Assembly (NCBI GenBank): GCA_965226495.1
Contig: OZ245365.1
Coordinates: 960,001-1,024,000 of the forward strand
Direction of reading: 5' to 3'
DNA: 64,000 nt
Source of the DNA: Candidatus Marinacidobacterales bacterium
Lineage (GTDB): Bacteria; Acidobacteriota; Vicinamibacteria; Marinacidobacterales; DATDRI01
Below the pieces are notes generated by a model that saw only the letters and a list, made by a program, of their open reading frames with translations, searched no databases and was not told the origin of the DNA. The number at the start of each line of letters is the position of its first letter. The first letter of the stretch is position 1. Made by a program: the position numbers and the translations under genes. Below are positions 1-10,114 of the stretch, piece after piece.

Positions 1-3000
1 GCGGCCGAGGCGTTCGCGGGGCGCCTGCCTCATTTGTGGGAGCCCAAGGGCACGACGCTCGAAGACGTGGTCGGGGAAGTCCGAGAGTTCCTCACCGAAC
101 AAGGTGCGGAAGCAGGCTCGATGCGGATCCCTACTATTAAAGTGAAAGAGGGTGGCACGGCCCTCGAGAGTCTGGTTGTCGAGGCCCATCTCGGCTCGGC
201 CGACCAGGTTGGACTGGCGCAATCGGCTCTGGAAACACTGGGTCGTGACCGAGGTGAGGCCGCTTCCGCTTCCGAGGACGAGCCTCCGCTTTCCTACTCC
301 GGCGCCCGGGTTCTCCGGGTCGTGCTCTCCGCTCCCGGCGTCGAGCAGAGCGAGATCGAGGTGCCGCAGGCCGAGCCGGACTCGAAGGGTGGGCCCATTC
401 CTGCGCGGCCCGGATCGGGTGCGAAGAGAGAACTGGGTCTTTCCAATCTCTTCACCCCTAAGGGCCTGCTGGGCGACTCCGACGAAAATCAAATCCCGGA
501 TCGGGTGGATGCGATGCTGAGCCCCTCCGGAAGCGGTACCGAGGGCACGGTCGATCTGGCGGCCCGTCTCGGGCTGGAGTCGGCCGGCATCAGCATTCCC
601 GCGGCTCTGACGCCCGACGAAATCGACGATCCGAAAAAACAGCCGACTCTCGTCCTCATTGGTCGTGAACATCCTTTGATCGAAAAGCTCGTCGAGGACG
701 GCAAGTTGGACGTCGATTCCCTCGAGCCCGGCCAAGGTCTTATTCAAGTGATACCTAAGGCGTTCGGCGAAAAGAGTGCGCTTGTGATCACCGGTGGGGA
801 TGAAGCCGGTGTGGCGCGTGCCCTCGAGCAAGTGGCAGAGCGGCTCCCCAATTTATGGGAAAGGGGTAAGGACCGCACCACCATCGACGCCATCGAGAAC
901 GACATGTGGCACTTTTTTTCCGGACGCTCCCCGGCTGGGCAGGCGGCCATCGCTCTCTACAAGCTCGACCGGATCGTCGCGGACCTCTCGGAGAAGAATC
1001 TCGTTTCGGCCGAAGTGCTGGTCTCAGTAGAAAAACCAGCCGACGGGTTCGACGAAATGATCCGTGAGCATGCCGCCGCTCTCGGTGCCGACTCTCTGGA
1101 CGTGACGATCGATAACCGGGACGTCCAGAAAGCGAACGTCATCTTCGACGACGGGTTTCAAATCCCTTCCGAGGTCGACGAGTTTTGGAGCATCTTTCGA
1201 TCGCAAGTATTGCCGAAGGTCCGGCCGGGTCAGCCGGTGGAGATGGAGGTGCGTATCAGCGAGCCTCCAGCGATCCGCGCCGACATCGAGAGGCAGGCCC
1301 GAGCGGAGCTGGTCGAAGCCGGCGCCTCGGAAAGCGGCACCCGGGTCAAAGTTCTCTCCGCCTTCAAGCAAGGGTTTAGCTGGCTAACCGAGGTCGTAGG
1401 GCCGGCTCTCTCCGATCAGGCGGTCGAACAGTTGACCATCCAGTTTGCCAAGAACGATCCGCCAGACGAATGGAAGCAACAGGCGATTCACACCCCCATC
1501 CGCTGGCTGCACGAAATTTTCCCCGTCGACGAGATTCTCGCGCGGGATCTAAAGATGGATCGAGCGAAGATCCGTTTCGAAATGGAGCCACCCGGCTCTC
1601 CCATCTACCAAGCCGTTGCCACCGGTCCCGATGGTCGAGAAGTGTTCCGCGAGACTTTCGAGCCACGGTACGTGCTGCGACCCTACTTCGATCGTTTCCG
1701 CGACTACGAGTTGGTGCGGGTGACGACCGGGTGGATCGAAGCGACCAGCGGTGGCGATACCTTGGTCTCCCAGCGCATCGCGACCGACGCGGAGAAATTC
1801 TGGGATCATTACCAGCAAAAAACGCTTCCCGCCATCTACGACTACGTGATGGAGCTCCACAACGGAATCCCCCGGGGTGGAGGCCAGGATGCGCCGCTTT
1901 TCGGAGAGCTCACCGTGGAGCTGAGCTTGAGCGAGCCTCATTACTTGCTGAACTTGGACAAGGAGCTCATCGCTCCGATGGACGCTCTGCACGAGGAGAT
2001 TTATTTCACCACCATCGAGTTCTTCCAGTTGCTGGGCCGGAACTCTCGAGGACAGGAGATCATCTATCCGGGCCGGATCATTCCCATCATGCGTCCGAAA
2101 AGCGACGGCGACTCGGGGACAGCGAAGATCACCTTCACCGGCTTCGCCACCCACCGTCCTGCCGTCGTCGTCCGGTTCGAGGAGCGCGGCGGCGAGCCTG
2201 GCGAGGTGCGACTGGACGTGCCCAAGATTACGATGGATAGACCGAAGTCCATGGGGGCGCTCGTTAGAGATGGAAACGCCGGGCTCGAGCGGCTGGACGT
2301 CCGTATCAAGGTCGATACAGAAACGGACGAGCGCGCCGCACTCATCTTGCGCGCGAGGGAGGAGCAGGTCGACGAGCAGATGCTCTCCGCCGAGCAGGTC
2401 ACGGCGACAGTAGCGAACTTGGGCCTACTTCGCGCCCGCGGGATGTACCGTGAAGCGCTGGCGTATACCGACCTGGCCGAGCTTAGAATGACCGCCGGCT
2501 GGGAGCACGATGTCGACCCCGAAACACAGGTGGTTGCCAGCCTCGAGCCGAACGGCAGCGCCGCCCCTTATCCCGATATCAAAGACCGGTTGCCGGCCGG
2601 CTACCAATACGACGGCTCACCGATCGTTCAGTGGGACACTCCCATTCCTCCTCCCGAGGCGTTCGACATTCTGGCCAAGATGTCCACGTTCGCGGAAGCG
2701 ACCGTGTACAAAGTCGGGCAGAGCTATCTCGGCAAGGAGCTCTGGGCCATGGACCTCATGCCGCCGATCGAGGCCTCCCATTGGTCCCAAGCCAAGGCGA
2801 CGACGCTCAAGCCCACGGTGATCTACTCGGCACGCGAGCATGCCAACGAGGTTTCATCGACGTCTCATGTGCTGAAGCTAGGGGAGCGCCTGCTGACCGA
2901 GCCTGAGTATCGAGAGAAACTCAACAAAGTCAATGTCGTGATCCATCCGATCACCAACGCCGACGGCGCCCAGCTTGCGTACGATCTCTACAAGATCACA

Positions 3001-3840
3001 CCCGACCTCATCCTGCACGCCGGATACTTGGCTTCGCTGGGCATGGGACCATCTTCCGGGAGTCGTGAGCCGATGCCCATCTACCCTGAGGCCAAGGTTC
3101 GGCCACGGCTCTGGGCCACTTGGCTACCGGACATTTTCCTGAACCCCCACGGGTACCCTTCTCATCAGGTGGTACAGCTCTTTTCCGAGTACACCGGCCT
3201 GGTGCGCCGCGGTCGAGTCACCGAGCGCAATTGGAGCATGAACAAGGGGTGGTTCATTCCTGGCTTCCGCTATCTCGACGATCCCCGCTATCCACGTCAC
3301 AAAGAGGCGGCGTTCAAGATCCGCGACTACATTACCGAAGCCATCAACGCCGCGCCCGACGTCTACGCGATGAACCAGCGGAATTACGATCGATACCGCC
3401 GGTACGGCGCCGAGTTCGACCCCAAGGACTTCAAGTTGGATATGGTCGATGACGTGCTCATCTATATGCCTCTCAAGGGGGCGAAGGGGCCATCCCGCGA
3501 CGGGGGCGCACCGGCAGCCGGCCGGCGGCGGCCGCGGGGCTATAACCCCAAGGTCACCATCTGGAGCGGGGGCACCGAAGCGCCCGATGAGACCGCCTAT
3601 GGGGATTGGATGAAGATCGTAGCCACGGCAGGGTTGCAGTGGGACACCGCAATCCTCAACTACTTGGTCGACGGGAAACACAAGGTCGATCGCAAAGGGA
3701 AGTCCTTTTGGGGTGGGGTGAGCCTCAGCATGGATCGACCGCGACCGCCCAAGCCCGACGAGCCTGACGAAGATAGCGAGCCTGACGAAAGTGGCCAGCC
3801 CGAGCCGACCGCGGAGAGCGGCGGGAATCAGGAGCGGTGA
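1..3840 (+). CDS. Large M14-family zinc carboxypeptidase-like protein (5'-partial)
   Basis: Frame is open from base 1. The C-terminal domain has the HxxE Zn motif (SAREHANEVSS), HPITNADG and NPHGYP, typical of peptidase M14. Confidence 0.85.
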   Translation, partial: AAEAFAGRLPHLWEPKGTTLEDVVGEVREFLTEQGAEAGSMRIPTIKVKEGGTALESLVVEAHLGSADQVGLAQSALETLGRDRGEAASASEDEPPLSYSGARVLRVVLSAPGVEQSEIEVPQAEPDSKGGPIPARPGSGAKRELGLSNLFTPKGLLGDSDENQIPDRVDAMLSPSGSGTEGTVDLAARLGLESAGISIPAALTPDEIDDPKKQPTLVLIGREHPLIEKLVEDGKLDVDSLEPGQGLIQVIPKAFGEKSALVITGGDEAGVARALEQVAERLPNLWERGKDRTTIDAIENDMWHFFSGRSPAGQAAIALYKLDRIVADLSEKNLVSAEVLVSVEKPADGFDEMIREHAAALGADSLDVTIDNRDVQKANVIFDDGFQIPSEVDEFWSIFRSQVLPKVRPGQPVEMEVRISEPPAIRADIERQARAELVEAGASESGTRVKVLSAFKQGFSWLTEVVGPALSDQAVEQLTIQFAKNDPPDEWKQQAIHTPIRWLHEIFPVDEILARDLKMDRAKIRFEMEPPGSPIYQAVATGPDGREVFRETFEPRYVLRPYFDRFRDYELVRVTTGWIEATSGGDTLVSQRIATDAEKFWDHYQQKTLPAIYDYVMELHNGIPRGGGQDAPLFGELTVELSLSEPHYLLNLDKELIAPMDALHEEIYFTTIEFFQLLGRNSRGQEIIYPGRIIPIMRPKSDGDSGTAKITFTGFATHRPAVVVRFEERGGEPGEVRLDVPKITMDRPKSMGALVRDGNAGLERLDVRIKVDTETDERAALILRAREEQVDEQMLSAEQVTATVANLGLLRARGMYREALAYTDLAELRMTAGWEHDVDPETQVVASLEPNGSAAPYPDIKDRLPAGYQYDGSPIVQWDTPIPPPEAFDILAKMSTFAEATVYKVGQSYLGKELWAMDLMPPIEASHWSQAKATTLKPTVIYSAREHANEVSSTSHVLKLGERLLTEPEYREKLNKVNVVIHPITNADGAQLAYDLYKITPDLILHAGYLASLGMGPSSGSREPMPIYPEAKVRPRLWATWLPDIFLNPHGYPSHQVVQLFSEYTGLVRRGRVTERNWSMNKGWFIPGFRYLDDPRYPRHKEAAFKIRDYITEAINAAPDVYAMNQRNYDRYRRYGAEFDPKDFKLDMVDDVLIYMPLKGAKGPSRDGGAPAAGRRRPRGYNPKVTIWSGGTEAPDETAYGDWMKIVATAGLQWDTAILNYLVDGKHKVDRKGKSFWGGVSLSMDRPRPPKPDEPDEDSEPDESGQPEPTAESGGNQER

Positions 3841-3847
3841 AAAGCTC

Positions 3848-5539
3848 ATGGATGATCGAAACGCGAGGACGCGAAGGTCGCCGTTAGCTGTTCTTATTCT
3901 TACTGCGTCGCTGCTAACGGCTCAGACCGGTGGCGAGACATCGGCGCAGTCCATCATCGGGCGCAATGGTTTGGTCACGACGTCTCACCATCTCGCCTCG
4001 CACACCGGTCTCCGCATTCTCCAAGAGGGAGGGAACGCCTTCGACGCGGCCGTTGCTTCGGCGGCGGTTCTTGCGGTGGTCAACCCGTTCATGGCGGGAA
4101 TGGGAGGTGTGGGCGGATACGCCCTGCTCTATGATTCCGAGTCCAAGGAGACGGTAGCTCTCGACTTCATAGGCACCGCGCCTCAGTCGGCCACCGTGGA
4201 AATGTACCAGGGCGATAAGCTCTGGGATTTCGCGAAACGCGCCACCACCGGATATCTCGCGCCCCTGGTGCCGGGCAATGTTGCGGGCTGGGCCGCCATC
4301 CACGAGCGCTATGGATCGTTGAGCTGGGCCCAAATTTTCGCTCCCGCCATTGAGTACGCCGAAAATGGATTCGCACTCACACCGCGCGTGCAACGTTCGA
4401 TGACCACGGGCGAGATGTCGGTGGTCAAGCGCTACCCTTACGGGCGCGGTATCTTCAAAAACGGCAAGGACCCGTGGAAACCCGGAGAGGTCTGGGTGCA
4501 GAAGGATCTCGCCGAAACCCTCAAAGCGATCGCGGCGAACGGGCCGGGCGAGTTCTACGAAGGAGCGATCGCGAAGAAAATCGCGGAGCACTTCCAAGCC
4601 AACGGGGGCCTCATGACCGCGGCCGACCTGGCGGCCTATCGGGTTCGGTGGAGCGAACCGATCGCGACGACCTACCGGGACTATCGCGTTCTGACCCATG
4701 GCCCGGGCTCTTCTGGGATGACGATCCTCCAGTGGCTAAACGTTCTCGAGGGCTACGATCTCGAGGCCCTGGAGCGCAACAGCCTCGAGTACATCCATTT
4801 GGTGGCCGAGGTAGCAAAGCTCGGGTTTTTGGACGACGATGTCTACAACTCGGGGAGGCCGCGACCGGAACTACCGCTCGAGAAACTCATCTCCAAGGAA
4901 TACGCCGCGCAGCAACGAGAGCGAATCAACAAGGCGGAGGCGCAGTTTTACCCCGCGGCCCGTCCCGACTCCGTCTCGAAGCTCGGCGAGCACACCAGTC
5001 ACCACACCGTCGTCGACAAGGACCACAACATCGTCACCATCACGCAGACTCTAATGTACGCCTCGGGTGTGGTCGTTCCGGAGACCGGTGTCTTCTTCAA
5101 CAACGGGATGTGCTATTTCAGTCTCGAACCGGGCCACCCGGACGAGATCCTGGGAGGAAAACGGCCCCGCTTCGTGATGAGTCCGACCATCGTCTTCCGG
5201 GGCGAAAGGCCGTATCTGGCACTCGGTGCGGCCGGCGGATGGACGATTCCTCAGACGATCCTTCAGACGCTCCTCAACGTGTTGGATTTTCGCATGGACG
5301 TGGAAAAAGCGGCCTCCGGGCCGCGATTCATACTCCGTTATCTTCGAAACTCGATTCCCTACGTACCCGGTACCGATATGAGTGTGGATAGCGGGATCTC
5401 GAGTGATGTGAAAAAGGAGCTGGAGGCCCGGGGACACCGCATCATCGACTCCGAGCGGCCGGGCCGAGCGCTCAACGTCATCCTCATCGATCCTCGGAGC
5501 GGTGCCCTGTGGGGCTCGGGTGGTGCGGTAACCTATTGA
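3848..5539 (+). CDS. ggt: Gamma-glutamyltransferase family (Ntn-hydrolase T3), secreted
   Basis: GGNAFDAAVA, autocleavage Thr motif HTSHHTVVD, GAAGG oxyanion motif, signal-peptide-like N-terminus. ATG at 3848. Confidence 0.85.
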   Translation: MDDRNARTRRSPLAVLILTASLLTAQTGGETSAQSIIGRNGLVTTSHHLASHTGLRILQEGGNAFDAAVASAAVLAVVNPFMAGMGGVGGYALLYDSESKETVALDFIGTAPQSATVEMYQGDKLWDFAKRATTGYLAPLVPGNVAGWAAIHERYGSLSWAQIFAPAIEYAENGFALTPRVQRSMTTGEMSVVKRYPYGRGIFKNGKDPWKPGEVWVQKDLAETLKAIAANGPGEFYEGAIAKKIAEHFQANGGLMTAADLAAYRVRWSEPIATTYRDYRVLTHGPGSSGMTILQWLNVLEGYDLEALERNSLEYIHLVAEVAKLGFLDDDVYNSGRPRPELPLEKLISKEYAAQQRERINKAEAQFYPAARPDSVSKLGEHTSHHTVVDKDHNIVTITQTLMYASGVVVPETGVFFNNGMCYFSLEPGHPDEILGGKRPRFVMSPTIVFRGERPYLALGAAGGWTIPQTILQTLLNVLDFRMDVEKAASGPRFILRYLRNSIPYVPGTDMSVDSGISSDVKKELEARGHRIIDSERPGRALNVILIDPRSGALWGSGGAVTY

Positions 5540-5543
5540 GCCG

Positions 5544-6557
5544 TTAAGCCCACTCTGTCCGAAATCCCGATCTCAACCGATCGTGGGGATCCAAAACGAA
5601 CTGATGGAACCCGGTGATGTGGGCCGAGCCCGTTATCTCGGGTACCACCGCCTTCCGGCCCGCGACGTCGGTTTCTTCGAGGATCCGACCCCGGAAGACA
5701 CCGTCGGTAACGCTTTCGACCCACACCTCCTCGCTCACTTTTAATTGACCCTTGGCGTGGAGCACCGCCATCCGGGCGCACGTTCCGGTGCCGCCCGGCG
5801 ACCGGTCGAATTGTCGCGGACCGAAGACGTGCACGTTCCGGTACGTCCTTTTAGGATCCTTAGGCTCGGTAAGGATGGTGGCGATGTTGATGCGGTTGCT
5901 CTGCTCGATCTCAGGATGTTGGACCGAAAGATGCTCGTTGGCTGCTTCCATGACCCGCATCCCGACGTCGACGACGTTTTTGACGTTTTGCAGCGATACC
6001 TCCACTCCGACGGCTCGGGCGTCGAAGAACACGAACCAGTTGCCTCCGTAGGCGATATCCACCGTTACTTTGCCGATGCCGGGCACTGCCAACGACACAT
6101 CTAGTTGTTCGGCGTATGCTGGCACGTTGCGGAAAGAGACGCTCTCCGCTCTCCCGTCCTTCACGCTGACGATCGATTCGACGAGGCCGGCCGGCGTTTC
6201 CAGTTTGAATCGCGTCCGCGGCTCTTCGACAGGAACCATTCCGAGCTCGACGAGCGCCGTCGAGACCCCGATGGTGGCGTGCCCACACATGCTCATGTAG
6301 CCACCGTTGTCCATGAAGAACGCACCCCAAGCAGCGTCGGGAGAGAGCGGCTCGGTCAGGACGCACCCGTACATATCCTTGTGGCCCCTCGGCTCGGCGA
6401 CGAGCGCCGTGCGGAGGCCGTCCATGTGCTTCCGAAAGTACGCTAGCTTCTCGGCCATGGTGCTCCCGGCGATGTGCGCGATCCCTCCGGTGACGATTCG
6501 AGTCGGCTCTCCCTCGGTGTGCGTGTCCACCGCGGTGATCCATCGCGAAGCCTGCAT
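5544..6557 (-). CDS. Proline racemase / hydroxyproline epimerase family protein (second catalytic Cys replaced by Gly)
   Basis: DTHTEGEPTR, EPRGHKDMYG, MCGH, DIAYGGN, DRSPGGTGT. Confidence 0.9.
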   Translation of the reverse strand: MQASRWITAVDTHTEGEPTRIVTGGIAHIAGSTMAEKLAYFRKHMDGLRTALVAEPRGHKDMYGCVLTEPLSPDAAWGAFFMDNGGYMSMCGHATIGVSTALVELGMVPVEEPRTRFKLETPAGLVESIVSVKDGRAESVSFRNVPAYAEQLDVSLAVPGIGKVTVDIAYGGNWFVFFDARAVGVEVSLQNVKNVVDVGMRVMEAANEHLSVQHPEIEQSNRINIATILTEPKDPKRTYRNVHVFGPRQFDRSPGGTGTCARMAVLHAKGQLKVSEEVWVESVTDGVFRGRILEETDVAGRKAVVPEITGSAHITGFHQFVLDPHDRLRSGFRTEWA

Positions 6558-6572
6558 CGTTACATGCCTCGG

Positions 6573-7880
6573 CTAGTCTCGCCCATCGCGGAGCGGCCGA
6601 AGGTTCCATAGCGTGAAATTCAAGAAGCTCGACACCACCGCCATGACCAAGATGATGTTGAACGCGTCCTGCCAGCCGTACGCGTCGATGAGGAAGCCCA
6701 TCCCAACTCCGGTAAGGATCGCCCCCACCGACCCGACCGCGTCGATGATCCCCGCCGCGGTGGCCGATGAGTACTTCCACCCGAAATCCATCGCAACCGC
6801 GCCGGCCAACAAAGAGTACGGCCCGTAAAGTGTAAAACCGACCAGACCCAAGGAGATCATCAGCCACATCGTCTCATCCCCCGGTACTTGGCTGAACAAG
6901 TAGAGGGAACCGGTCAAGAGTACACCCATGATGGCCAAGACCGGACCTCGTCGCGCGCCCATTCTGTCCGAAATCCAACCCGTCGTGATCGAGCCCGCCG
7001 AGCCCAGGAGGGGGAAGATCGCGGACGTGAGGGCGGCGGTTCCGATTCCCATGCCGCTCTGCATCAGGTAGTCCACCGACCAGCCCCAGAAGATATACCG
7101 GATGATCGAGAGGAAGAGATAGCTTAGGCAAACGACCCAGAACCACTTGTTGGAAAGCATCCCGCGCAGCCAGCGGTTCGCCTCGATCCGAGTTGGCGTC
7201 TCCTCGTGCCGACCGGAAGCGACACCGAGTTCTGGTGGATCCCCCGAGGCGACGCCGGCCGTGTACTCGTCGATATCGGAAAGCCCCTGCAATGCCGGCG
7301 ACGGTTTGACGAGCGTTGCGAGCGCGATTCCGACCAATGCTAAGAAAGCCGCGTGGGTCCAAAACAAGCCCGACCAGCCGATGGCGACGATCAAAAACGC
7401 CGCGGAGGTCCTGGCGACGAAATCTCCGATTTGATAGCTCAGCGACATGACTCCCATCGCTCGCCCAGTCTCTCTACTCGTGTACCACCGGGCCATGATG
7501 GGCACGATGGAAAGCCAACCCATCGACTGGAAGTACGCGTTGGTTGCCCAAATCAAGACGAAGAACGTCAGCTCGCGCCCAAAGCCGAACGCGATGTTGC
7601 AGGCGACGGAGCCGGCGATGCCGACGAGTAGCATGACCTTGCCGCCGATTCGATCACCCAGGAATCCGTTGGCGAGTTTCGCGACGGCATAGAAGGTGTA
7701 GTACGCGGAAAGGATGAGGCCGGTTTCGGTATGGGAATACTGGAAGATGTCGCCGATGACCGGTAGCGCGACCGGGAGCGTCACGCGGCAGAAATAGTAG
7801 CCGACGTACCCGATGAACAGCAGTACCGTCAGGAATAGCCGGTGCCTATGAAATCGGCTAGAGGGCTCCGGTCCCCACAT
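6573..7880 (-). CDS. MFS transporter, organophosphate:Pi antiporter-like (GlpT/UhpC-like)
   Basis: About 12 hydrophobic segments; YYFCR, NGFLGDRIG and FQSMGW motifs resemble the OPA family. Confidence 0.75.
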   Translation of the reverse strand: MWGPEPSSRFHRHRLFLTVLLFIGYVGYYFCRVTLPVALPVIGDIFQYSHTETGLILSAYYTFYAVAKLANGFLGDRIGGKVMLLVGIAGSVACNIAFGFGRELTFFVLIWATNAYFQSMGWLSIVPIMARWYTSRETGRAMGVMSLSYQIGDFVARTSAAFLIVAIGWSGLFWTHAAFLALVGIALATLVKPSPALQGLSDIDEYTAGVASGDPPELGVASGRHEETPTRIEANRWLRGMLSNKWFWVVCLSYLFLSIIRYIFWGWSVDYLMQSGMGIGTAALTSAIFPLLGSAGSITTGWISDRMGARRGPVLAIMGVLLTGSLYLFSQVPGDETMWLMISLGLVGFTLYGPYSLLAGAVAMDFGWKYSSATAAGIIDAVGSVGAILTGVGMGFLIDAYGWQDAFNIILVMAVVSSFLNFTLWNLRPLRDGRD

Positions 7881-7927
7881 CGCTCATCATCGGCTCTGGT
7901 AATAGCGAGTAATTTCCCGCTGACCGG

Positions 7928-8350
7928 TTACTTATCAAGCTCCTCTTGGACAATGTAGGCACGCATACGATCGATCTTACCTTCGCGCACATGTTCCACC
8001 GATGCGACCCAGAATTGCACCCTCGTTCCAGGTTTCCCTCCGCCTATGGCCTTCGTGCTCCTTGTGCCTATTCCCGAGATTTCTACCAAAACCTGATCGT
8101 CATGAGCAAATATATTGTCAATACTCCATTTCAGATCTGGAAACGAAGCAAGGTATCCCCGTATCTCCTCTTCAAGCTCCCCTCGGCCGTTTTTTGGAGG
8201 TTCTCCAAAATCTTCATCCACGACGTCATCTGAAACGACAGAAAGGGACCGCTCGATATCGTGTTCTGCGAAGCCTTCTATATGGGTTCTCACTAGGTCA
8301 ATATTGGCCCTTTCTTCTTCTGTGTGGTCCGTGTTACTGAGATTATTCAT
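7928..8350 (-). CDS. SnoaL-like / ester cyclase NTF2-fold protein
   Basis: 140 aa with FPDL, DQVLVE and EGKI patterns; AGGAG RBS; visibly lower GC than the flanks. Confidence 0.75.
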   Translation of the reverse strand: MNNLSNTDHTEEERANIDLVRTHIEGFAEHDIERSLSVVSDDVVDEDFGEPPKNGRGELEEEIRGYLASFPDLKWSIDNIFAHDDQVLVEISGIGTRSTKAIGGGKPGTRVQFWVASVEHVREGKIDRMRAYIVQEELDK

Positions 8351-8413
8351 TTCTATATTGCTCCTGTTATCAAGAATGAAAGGCGTGTTTTCTGATCGCC
8401 CCAGTTGGTATTT

Positions 8414-10114
8414 CTACAACTTGGTGCTTTCGTTGGGCGCGGCATTCTTTGTGATATGAGCCGCCATTTCCTTCAGGAGCTCCGCGTTGGTGATAGGGGT
8501 CCACCCGTGTCCTTTGCTCGGCCGCCCAAACCGGAACGAGCCGGCGTAGTAGGGCGCGGACGTGTTTTCGAGAAACTCTTCCATGAGGTCGACCGGCTGA
8601 TTGAAATAGTAGTTGTCCATGTCTCCGCAGATAAAGTGCAGCTTGCCCACCAAGTCTCGTCCGATGCGGGGCCAGTTTTGCTCGAGGTAGTATCGGAGGT
8701 CGTACCCATTGTCTCTCCAGTAGAGGGCGACTTCGCGATCGATCTCTCCGGTCCGCTTGTTCCACAGCGGCTTGGGGTAACCGTCATCGCCCACGGGTCC
8801 AAACGAGGCCTCCCACGCTTCCAGGTAGTCGGTGGATCGCCCTCGGCTTCCGAGAACCGAGGCGAGTCGGCTGAGGTCCCGGATACTCTGAATCGGCTGC
8901 CCGTCGGCGGCACGGAATGCATAACGCTCCGGGGAGAGCTGACTGAGGTTCCATCCCGGCGCTTCGAATGCGTTGTCGTCCTCGTAGATATTGATGAGGA
9001 AGTGCCGTCGAAAATCGATGGGGTCTGGATAGTATACCCAGGCGCCGCCGAAAGACGTGGGATGGTGGGCTTGGAGCGCCAGCGCTTCGTACCCGCCGGT
9101 GGAGCCCCCGGTGAGCATGCGGGCGTATGAATGAGGGATCATCCTGTAGCGTTCCTCGAGATACGGAATCAGTTCCGTCAGGATCGCGTCCGCGTACGGC
9201 CCGTTGTTCGCCGAGTTCACCGCGTAGGAATCATCGAAATAGGGCGTGGGATGTTGGAAGGTGATCGCGATCATTCGTGGGAAGTCGTCGGCTATCCACG
9301 ACCGATAGAACTCGAATCCGTTCTCGACACCGCGCTCGAGCCGCGCCGCCTTGGCTGCCGGCGACTCGTCGGCCGGCTCGGTTTGGAAACCGAACGCGGG
9401 ATTGAGACTGAAGTGCCCTTGCTGGTAGACGGTTGGGTAGTAGACGTCGGGGTGTGTGTCGTAGCCCCGTGGCAGGAGGACGGTGGCGCCGATGAATATC
9501 GGGCGACCCCAAAACTCGGTTAGCAGTCTGCTCTCGAACTTCACTCGCTGGACCCATGGGTCGTCCTCGGGCACTTCGATCGGTGGGAGCTTCTCGGTCA
9601 CTTCGATCTCAACCGCGTAGCCCGCGTCGGGATTCAGGTGAACTAGCCGTTCATTGCTAAAGAGGTTTCCGGGCGCCCAATTGAAGTGCTGGCCCTCCCA
9701 TTGATCCATGTGGGCCCAGATCACGTGCCCATCGGCTCGGTGGAATTCGGTGTATACGTTGAGGAGGGCTTGCGCGTAGTATTCGCCGGGTGGGAGATCG
9801 CTGAGGCTTTCAAGGGGGTAACCCAAGGTCGACGAATCGATTACCGCGGCCTGTCCGGGTTGGAGTCGATCGATGTCGACGGCGAAGAACGGGACGCCCC
9901 GCGCGTTGGTGACCGGTTGGTGCCCGAGACTCCGCTGCCGAAGGGCGTTGCTGTTCGGCTCGGGCGAGAGGATTAGGTAGACGCGCCCCGTGATCGGCCC
10001 TGCATGGAGTGCCTTCGGAAAAGTTATCTCGAAATGCGACGAGGGATCGGAGGGCCCACAGGAGGTCAGGAAGCAAGCTAGGGCCGCGGCGATCGCGAAC
10101 TGCCGAAACGTCAA
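8414..10114 (-). CDS. Putative esterase (alpha/beta hydrolase), probable lipoprotein
   Basis: GGSTGG nucleophile elbow, CGDMDNY, KGHGW; N-terminal LTSC lipobox-like motif. Confidence 0.8.
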   Translation of the reverse strand: MTFRQFAIAAALACFLTSCGPSDPSSHFEITFPKALHAGPITGRVYLILSPEPNSNALRQRSLGHQPVTNARGVPFFAVDIDRLQPGQAAVIDSSTLGYPLESLSDLPPGEYYAQALLNVYTEFHRADGHVIWAHMDQWEGQHFNWAPGNLFSNERLVHLNPDAGYAVEIEVTEKLPPIEVPEDDPWVQRVKFESRLLTEFWGRPIFIGATVLLPRGYDTHPDVYYPTVYQQGHFSLNPAFGFQTEPADESPAAKAARLERGVENGFEFYRSWIADDFPRMIAITFQHPTPYFDDSYAVNSANNGPYADAILTELIPYLEERYRMIPHSYARMLTGGSTGGYEALALQAHHPTSFGGAWVYYPDPIDFRRHFLINIYEDDNAFEAPGWNLSQLSPERYAFRAADGQPIQSIRDLSRLASVLGSRGRSTDYLEAWEASFGPVGDDGYPKPLWNKRTGEIDREVALYWRDNGYDLRYYLEQNWPRIGRDLVGKLHFICGDMDNYYFNQPVDLMEEFLENTSAPYYAGSFRFGRPSKGHGWTPITNAELLKEMAAHITKNAAPNESTKL

